A DNA stretch of 32,000 nt, taken from assembly GCF_036323395.1 (NCBI RefSeq), contig NZ_AP028907.1, forward strand, positions 90,001 to 122,000, in the 5' to 3' direction. The position numbers were made by a program, and so were the translations under genes. The notes under the pieces are model-generated. The model was not told the DNA's origin and searched no databases. It saw only the letters and a program-made list of their open reading frames with translations. Numbering within the stretch: position 1 is the stretch's first letter; every line of letters starts with the position of its first letter. This document shows, one piece after another, positions 26,768 through 32,000 of the stretch. The stretch comes from Pyrodictium abyssi (GTDB lineage: Archaea > Thermoproteota > Thermoprotei_A > Sulfolobales > Pyrodictiaceae).

Positions 26768-28198
26768 TTAGCCGCGTCCCTGCTCCTTCTTGGCCCTCTC
26801 AGCCTTCTTCTCGACCATCTTAGATACTCCATAGGCTACGGCTGCACCCGCTACAGCGGCTACAGCGGCACTAGCCGCAGTAGAGGCTGTACTCGGCGTT
26901 GTGGGCGCCTGTAGCGGCTTGTAGAACGGCTCGAACGCGTCAGTGAAGCCCGGCATGGTACAGCCTATACACACGCCGCCGGTCCTCGTGGGGCCGCCTA
27001 CGCCCTCGACCCAGCCGACCTTGTTCCAGGGACAGTTGCTGATCGGGCCCTTACAGCCGACTGCGAAGAGGCACTTGTAGTCAGAGTCACCAGGCTCCTT
27101 ACGGAGGTCGCCGGCAGCGTAGCTCCCTGCCCTCGGGCACTGCTCGTGCACTGTTGGACCGAAGATGTACTTTGGCCTCCAGTACTGGTCGAGCTCTGGC
27201 AGCGGTAGGATGCCCTTAGCCCACAGTATCAGGTTGGCTATGACGCGGAGCTGGCCGTTACCGTTCGCAGGACAGCCGGGCACGGCGATGGCCGGCCGGC
27301 AGTCTGGCCTAATCTCGCCAGGCTTTAGGGAGCACTTACCGTAGACGAAGTTGCGGAACGGCTTCGCCTCCTCGAGCAGGTCTACTAGGCCCTTGTTGCC
27401 CCTAACCGGGTCGGGGAAGAAGCCTACCGCGCCCGTTGGGCTAGCGCTCCATCCCTTACCAGCCCATGTCTCGAATAGGTCGTAACCCATCTTCTTCACG
27501 AACTCTACCTCTACTACCTTGTTGGCGGGGATGCCGCCGTAGCACGCACAGTTGCCGACAGCAATCACTGCTACCGCGCGCGGTAGAAGGCGCCTCATCC
27601 ACTCCGTACACGATATAGGCTTACCGTTCTCGTCGCCTATGTAGCAGAAGTAGTCGCTATAGAGTGGGCCCCCAGCCTTCTCGTCTATGGGGAAACTGCC
27701 CTCAAGCACGAGTATGAATGGGTCGAGCTTGCCCTGCTCTGCGAGCTTTAGCACGTCTATAGGGCTTGTGAGGAGTAGGCCGGGGTTGTAGCCTAGGTCA
27801 AGGAAGGTCTTTAGGGTCTTCTTGAGCGGGTCATCGTCGGGGAGCTTCTCCACGAGGGCGGCTACTTCCTCGGGGCTCATCTCGGCGAGCTTCTTAGCGT
27901 ACTCGGGTGTCTCCTCGCCCCAGCTGAGCATCACCGTCTCATGGAAGAGTAGCTTTACTGTACCCGGGCCTGCCACGTGGCTGTAGCCGCCTAGAACCTC
28001 GACGAGGTCGGGCTTGGTAGCCTGGATTATCGCTGTCGTGTTGCCAGCGCAGTCCTGCGCCTCGAACCATATTATGTTTATACCGCCCGACTTGACCTCG
28101 GCTATGGCCTTCTTTATCAGCTCGTCCCAGTTGAGGCTGGCGAAGAATGCTGCAGTCCCCGTGAGCTTTAGAAAGTCCCTACGGGAGAGCTTGGCCAT
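26768..28198 (-). CDS. hynS: [NiFe] hydrogenase small subunit, Tat-exported, group 1 type, with Ala-rich C-terminal anchor
   Basis: 476 aa; Tat motif SRRDFLKLTG; IIWFEAQDCAGNTTAI, GNCACYGG, PGCPANG, VHEQCPR, CLFAVGCKGPISNCPWNKVGWV...GGVCIGCTMPGF. Confidence 0.95.
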   Translation of the reverse strand: MAKLSRRDFLKLTGTAAFFASLNWDELIKKAIAEVKSGGINIIWFEAQDCAGNTTAIIQATKPDLVEVLGGYSHVAGPGTVKLLFHETVMLSWGEETPEYAKKLAEMSPEEVAALVEKLPDDDPLKKTLKTFLDLGYNPGLLLTSPIDVLKLAEQGKLDPFILVLEGSFPIDEKAGGPLYSDYFCYIGDENGKPISCTEWMRRLLPRAVAVIAVGNCACYGGIPANKVVEVEFVKKMGYDLFETWAGKGWSASPTGAVGFFPDPVRGNKGLVDLLEEAKPFRNFVYGKCSLKPGEIRPDCRPAIAVPGCPANGNGQLRVIANLILWAKGILPLPELDQYWRPKYIFGPTVHEQCPRAGSYAAGDLRKEPGDSDYKCLFAVGCKGPISNCPWNKVGWVEGVGGPTRTGGVCIGCTMPGFTDAFEPFYKPLQAPTTPSTASTAASAAVAAVAGAAVAYGVSKMVEKKAERAKKEQGRG

Positions 28199-28253
28199 GA
28201 AGCGGTTCCCCCATTTTCTTTTTCCCCGCTACCGAAGATACTCCGTACGATGA

Positions 28254-28274
28254 ATCTTAATAAATATATTTCGA
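28254..28274 (-). promoter_or_regulatory. Candidate BRE/TATA promoter of the hynS-isp1-isp2 unit
   Basis: Minus strand reads CGAAATATATTTATTAAG about 60-70 bp upstream of the hynS ATG; isolated AT-rich tract in GC-rich sequence. Confidence 0.6.
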
Positions 28275-28639
28275 GGGCAGGAAACCCGGTAGTCTTTAAC
28301 GCCCAAAAATGCGAGATAATTATAGAGTCATACAGATTCGCGGACTACCAGCCCAGCATAAAGGACGCACCGGCATCGCATAGCAGTGCGCTCTGCATCT
28401 GTCTAAAGCCGTCCTCCTTGCCAGGGTTCTTCGGTAAACCCCGCCAGCCTCACAGCCCCAGGGAGCCCCGGGGGCTCAGACCCCGTAGGCGCTAAACTCC
28501 ACATCCAGGCTACAAATGCTCGGAGCCCCCTGCCCATAAACTATTACCCGTGTGCAGGAGTAACGGCTCTAGCACGCTACGAGGAGAGCTTAATGTAGCA
28601 GCCCCGGGCCGAGCATGTAGCAGGGAGGAATGACCGTCC

Positions 28640-29032
28640 TTGACCACCCCTGAGGAGAGGAGACGTGCACTGATAGAGGGGCTCCGGGGCCTCATCCGGC
28701 TAGGCAGCCAGGCGGCAGAAGCCGTGGACGAGGTGCGCCAGGAGATACTGGGAGCCCTTGAGGAGGCTCTAGGTATCGAGCTTACTCCGGAGAAGCGGGT
28801 GCTCCGCAGCCTCTACAGCTTTAACCCGCCACGGCAACCTAGCCTTGAGGAGCTACGCGCGCTTATAGCGCGGAGTATGGGGCTGGAGGATGGCTCACAG
28901 CTCGAGGAGTACCTCCGGGGGCTCGGAGGAGCCCAGGAAGCTGGTAGCAGTGGTACCGAACCCGCTCGTGAAGGGGGGCAGCGGCCTCCTAGAGCTAGTC
29001 CTGGAGCTGATAGGGAGGGAGCCGGAGGCTAG
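28640..29032 (+). CDS. Hypothetical protein, first gene of the maturation-protease cluster (TTG start, SD GGGAGGA)
   Basis: 130 aa ORF, helical N-terminal about 95 aa (LIRLGSQAAEAVDEVRQEILGALEEALG...VLRSLYSFNPPRQPSLEELRALIARS); C-terminal part overlaps the next ORF. Confidence 0.6.
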   Translation: MTTPEERRRALIEGLRGLIRLGSQAAEAVDEVRQEILGALEEALGIELTPEKRVLRSLYSFNPPRQPSLEELRALIARSMGLEDGSQLEEYLRGLGGAQEAGSSGTEPAREGGQRPPRASPGADREGAGG

Positions 29033-29399
29033 GATAGGTAGATGCATAGTGATAGACGGGTCCATGGACGCTCTATCACTGGTCGATGAGGCCTCGAGCA
29101 GGGGCGTCGAGGACATTGTCATCCTCGGCGCGATACACACAGACGGCCGCGGCAGGGGCATGTACACCCGGGTAGTAGAGCCCCGCGACGCCAGGGCTAT
29201 GAGCCCACAGCAGCTCACCAAGGAGCTTTGGATGAACCTGACAGGCAGCCTCGGGCTAGACGACTACGCGGCTGCGCTGAGCCTCCTCTGGAGCCGCGCC
29301 TTTATCCTAGCCGAGTGCGACCCCGGTGACTCGGAGGACCCGGAGGAGGCGTGCAAGAGGCTTGCAAGAGAGTGGATCCAGCGCGAGTGCGGGGCGTAG
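28890..29399 (+). CDS. HybD/HycI-fold hydrogenase maturation protease-like protein, ligand-deficient (start uncertain; GTG 28950 possible)
   Basis: KLVAVVPNPLVKGGSGLLELVLELI...IVIDGSMDALSLVDEASSRGVEDIVILGAIHTDGRGRGMYTRVVE...AMSPQQLTK aligns by eye to HybD order of motifs. Confidence 0.65.
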   Translation: MAHSSRSTSGGSEEPRKLVAVVPNPLVKGGSGLLELVLELIGREPEARIGRCIVIDGSMDALSLVDEASSRGVEDIVILGAIHTDGRGRGMYTRVVEPRDARAMSPQQLTKELWMNLTGSLGLDDYAAALSLLWSRAFILAECDPGDSEDPEEACKRLAREWIQRECGA

Positions 29400-29400
29400 G

Positions 29401-29946
29401 GTGCTCGTACTGGGTATAGGCAATACACTCCACGGCGACGACGGTATTGGCTACTGCCTGGCGCGCGGCATAGAAGCCTGCGGCGGCGTGGAGGGCGCCG
29501 ACGTAGCTGCTATCCAGGAGCTAAACCCTGGCCACATAACCGTCCTGGACGGCTACGACGTAGTAGTGTTCATAGACGCCTTCATATCCGACGACATGCC
29601 AGAGCACGCGCGGGTCGCGGTCCTCGAGCTCGACCCTTCCCGTCTCAGCAAGGAAGAGATAGCCGCGCTCGTGCAGGAGATGGATCCCCATAGCCTTAAC
29701 CCTATTAGGCTGATGGTGCTATCCTACGCTGCACAGCTCTTCCGGGGCAATGCATACCTCGTCGGCGTAAGGCCCTACAGGATAGAGTTCCTGGAGGGGC
29801 TCAGCACCGAGATAAAAGAGGCCATACCGAAGGCGCTAGAGGAGCTAAGACGTGTATTCGCCGGGCTCGGCGCCGCCATGAAGGCCAGCAGCGACTGTGT
29901 CATGAGCTGGATTGAGAATCACTGCAGTAAACCACTCCTCGACTAG
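29401..29946 (+). CDS. hybD: [NiFe] hydrogenase maturation protease, HybD/HycI family (GTG start)
   Basis: VLVLGIGNTLHGDDGIGYCLARGIE...YDVVVFIDAF...EMDPHSLNP...AYLVGVRPYRIEFLEGLSTEI; start 1 nt after the previous stop (track ORF begins at 29326). Confidence 0.92.
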   Translation: MLVLGIGNTLHGDDGIGYCLARGIEACGGVEGADVAAIQELNPGHITVLDGYDVVVFIDAFISDDMPEHARVAVLELDPSRLSKEEIAALVQEMDPHSLNPIRLMVLSYAAQLFRGNAYLVGVRPYRIEFLEGLSTEIKEAIPKALEELRRVFAGLGAAMKASSDCVMSWIENHCSKPLLD

Positions 29947-30025
29947 CTGGTCAATATACACGTGGCTGTGAGTAGCGCATATACTCCGCTGCTTTAACGG
30001 CCGCATGGTGTCGTGGTCTAGCTGT

Positions 30026-30988
30026 TTATTGTAGGCCGAGCCTCTGGCGCGCTCTGCGGCACGCTTCAACCATTTCCTCATCTATTATCGGTATGCCTTT
30101 CTCGTAGAACCACTCGCCGAAGTCGTGGTCGCTGGTGAGTATATGGTTCTTCACCCACTCGGACAGGAAGTGCAGGATACTCAGTGTTAGCTGCTTCTCG
30201 CCAGCCTCGTACTGCTCCATGAACTCTGCTACCTTCTTTACGAAGCCCTCGTGCTGGCGGCGGTGGCTCTCTGCGCGTGGGTACCCGTACTTGTCGAAGA
30301 GCTTCTCCTCGCTGCGGAAGTGGAACTTGGTGTAGTCTACCAGGCTGTTGAGCGTCTCATCCACTACTTTCTTTTCTTCGCCGGCTAGTATGCTTATGTA
30401 GAGGTTGTTTAGCACCGTGACCAGGTAGCGGTGCTGGTTGTCGACGCCCCGGATGTAGACGCTGAACTCGGGCCCCCAGCGGTACATGTAGCGCCTCAGC
30501 TTGGCCACGACGACGCGTACCTTGCCAGTCCACTCGTCAAGAGCATGCAGTGCGTCGAGCCCATAGCTTACGCCTAGGCCCGGCTCCTCGAGGCGTACAG
30601 CAGTGATTATTACACCATACGTTAGTATCCATGCGTTAAGCCTCTCCCCCTCTATTATGAGGAGCCGGGGCCCCATTTCGGGCTCGAGCCTGGATGCTAC
30701 AAGGTGTTTCACTTGGCCCTGGAGCCCGTGTAGCCGCGTCTCGAACTCCTCCTTGGACTCGGCTGCTTCGAGTATGTAGAGAACGAGGCTTGGATCGTCA
30801 AGCAGTCTACTATTCCACTCTATGCTCTCGGCGACGTAGGAGAAGGGCGGCACCATTGTCTTCGGTATGGGTTTTCTCTCCTCAGGTATCTCGTCCACGC
30901 CTACCTCTACTATGTACCGTACGTCTGGGTCGCGTGTATGCCACCAGTATCGGAGCTTGCGTAGAAACCCGGGTGTCAAGGAGACCAC
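30026..30988 (-). CDS. Two-part protein: unknown about 170 aa N-terminal region plus C-terminal hemerythrin domain
   Basis: Hemerythrin ligands FSVYIRGVDNQHRYL, HFRSEE, HRRQHEGF, HILTSDHDFGEWF all present. Confidence 0.9.
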   Translation of the reverse strand: MVSLTPGFLRKLRYWWHTRDPDVRYIVEVGVDEIPEERKPIPKTMVPPFSYVAESIEWNSRLLDDPSLVLYILEAAESKEEFETRLHGLQGQVKHLVASRLEPEMGPRLLIIEGERLNAWILTYGVIITAVRLEEPGLGVSYGLDALHALDEWTGKVRVVVAKLRRYMYRWGPEFSVYIRGVDNQHRYLVTVLNNLYISILAGEEKKVVDETLNSLVDYTKFHFRSEEKLFDKYGYPRAESHRRQHEGFVKKVAEFMEQYEAGEKQLTLSILHFLSEWVKNHILTSDHDFGEWFYEKGIPIIDEEMVEACRRARQRLGLQ

Positions 30989-31155
30989 AAACCCCAGTGG
31001 GTTACCTGGCTTATGCTCATATATTTGTCTTGTCTCTTAATTATTCATCAGTTTACATATAGTACAATAACCTGCTCATCTTGAGTCATGCATGCAGAGG
31101 CAGACCATACGCTACTGATGATTAGCCCCGCAAGGAGCGTATTATTAGGAGCCCG

Positions 31156-31172
31156 GCTGCTAGGCTAGCAGC
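31156..31172. promoter_or_regulatory. 17-nt dyad GCTGCTAG-G-CTAGCAGC upstream of the 31185 ORF
   Basis: 8-bp perfect arms with 1-nt centre, 13-29 nt before the start codon and abutting the SD-like GGGGT. Confidence 0.45.
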
Positions 31173-31184
31173 AGGGGTCTAAGC

Positions 31185-31592
31185 ATGGAAAATAGCTACT
31201 GTAGCAGGAAGTCTGACGAGATAATACACTTCGTGACATGGCGTATGGACAATATGCCGGACTACAAGGACTGGGTTATGTCGATGCTACGAGCCTGGGG
31301 CGCGATGCTCAACGAGGCAAACAACCAGCGCTCTCTCCTCCCCTTCGCCTCGCTGGCGTTAACCCACCTCGGCGTCGGCCTCACCGCCACCTATGTTATC
31401 GAGGGGGCTAGCCCGGAGGAGGCCCTCAAGAAGGCTAAGGAGGAGCTATGTGCCGTGTATAAGGCTAGCCTCGAGCTGCTCGATAAAGCGTTCCAGCAGG
31501 GCAAGATAATGGAGATAATAGAGGAGTCCATGAGGGAGGCAGAGGAAGCTGTTCAGAGCGAGGGCGTGGAACAGGCCAGAGAAGGCTCCTAG
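31185..31592 (+). CDS. Hypothetical small helical protein
   Basis: 135 aa ORF, SD-like GGGGT upstream, acidic/helical C-terminus; no family recognised. Confidence 0.6.
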   Translation: MENSYCSRKSDEIIHFVTWRMDNMPDYKDWVMSMLRAWGAMLNEANNQRSLLPFASLALTHLGVGLTATYVIEGASPEEALKKAKEELCAVYKASLELLDKAFQQGKIMEIIEESMREAEEAVQSEGVEQAREGS

Positions 31593-31633
31593 ACGGATCA
31601 GCCAATGCTTCCACGCCGCCGTCCTAGCCAGGG

Positions 31634-32000
31634 CTATTCTTCGAGCCTAGCCGCTGCTACCAGGAGCTGGCCCGCAGCTATCCCGCCGTCGCCTGGCGGC
31701 AGGCGGCGGGGTACTTGTGCCTCTAGGCCATGGCCTCTCAGTGCCTCCCGGATCCCCTGGACTATGGGGGTGTTGACTGCCGCGCCTCCGGCGATGTATA
31801 CTGGGCCGTCTAGCCCTCTTGCTGCGCGGGCTGCTGCTTCTCCTAGGGCTCTGCCTAGGCCGCGCTGGACCGTGGCTGCTATGTCCCTTGTGGGGAGCCT
31901 GTCGAGGTTCTCGATGACCCAGTGTAGGAGCCCCGGGGTGTCAACCACGAGGCGGCCGTCTAGGCTGAGAAGCCTCGGAGTGTAGCCATGGTCGCGGCCT
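31634..32000 (-). CDS. hypF: Carbamoyltransferase HypF, C-terminal fragment (truncated by right edge)
   Basis: Frame open to the edge: GRDHGYTPRLLSLDGRLVVDTPGLLHWV...AATVQRGLGRALGEAAARAARG...GPVYIAGGAAVNTPIVQGIREALRGHGLEAQVPRRLPPGDGGIAAGQ. Confidence 0.85.
   Translation of the reverse strand, partial: GRDHGYTPRLLSLDGRLVVDTPGLLHWVIENLDRLPTRDIAATVQRGLGRALGEAAARAARGLDGPVYIAGGAAVNTPIVQGIREALRGHGLEAQVPRRLPPGDGGIAAGQLLVAAARLEE

Noticed and set aside
28250-28495. 81-aa plus-strand ORF over the hynS promoter region
   Set aside because: It runs through the TATA region and GC-rich hairpins, has no SD and its C-terminus is Pro/Arg noise.
31115-31130. CTGATGATTAG as possible C box of a C/D sRNA upstream of the 31185 ORF
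   Set aside because: First base deviates from consensus and no matching D box follows.
31605-31985. 126-aa plus-strand ORF at the right edge
   Set aside because: Antisense to the HypF C-terminal frame, which matches the carbamoyltransferase family and remains open to the window edge.
1-32000. tRNA/rRNA genes, CRISPR arrays, IS elements or integrated virus
   Set aside because: No T-loop GGTTCRA-type motifs in a tRNA context, no regularly spaced repeats, no transposase/integrase-like ORFs were seen by eye; a tRNAscan-SE/CRISPR-finder run would be decisive.

Overview
The window is about 32 kb of high-GC archaeal chromosome. By protein character and TATA-type promoters it looks like a hyperthermophilic crenarchaeon of the Desulfurococcales/Pyrodictiaceae type (inference, no search run). 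Left part: a mannosylglycerate pair (mpgS, partial mpgP), then an arginine/carbamoyl-phosphate block transcribed leftward (argG-argH-carA-carB-argX-like), an ACT-domain regulator-like protein, and an aspartate-pathway block (hom-lysC-asd). Directly upstream of hom is a HARP/'RNA ligase partner' PIN protein, with its usual partner, a Pab1020/Rnl3-type RNA ligase, about 1.1 kb away. Right part (about 17.9-32 kb) is redox-rich. It holds an HdrD-like Fe-S protein divergent from a rightward cluster of a degenerate PDO/thioredoxin-fold protein, a TusA-like protein, a NarI/HdrE-like membrane cytochrome b, an anchored CPHC thioredoxin and a CcdA-like protein. It also holds a second HdrD/cytochrome b pair (Isp2/Isp1-like) behind a Tat-exported [NiFe] hydrogenase small subunit, a tandem HybD-fold pair, a hemerythrin fusion, and the C-terminus of HypF. 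The most interesting points are: (1) the hydrogenase small subunit has CAGN where the proximal-cluster CxxC motif should be, with an extra Cys in GNCACYGG, and no large subunit lies beside it; (2) the HybD-like protein just upstream of the intact maturation protease appears to have lost all three metal ligands; (3) the HdrDE/TusA/PDO/CcdA cluster is a candidate uncharacterised thiol/sulfur redox module. No tRNA, rRNA, CRISPR array or mobile element was recognised.
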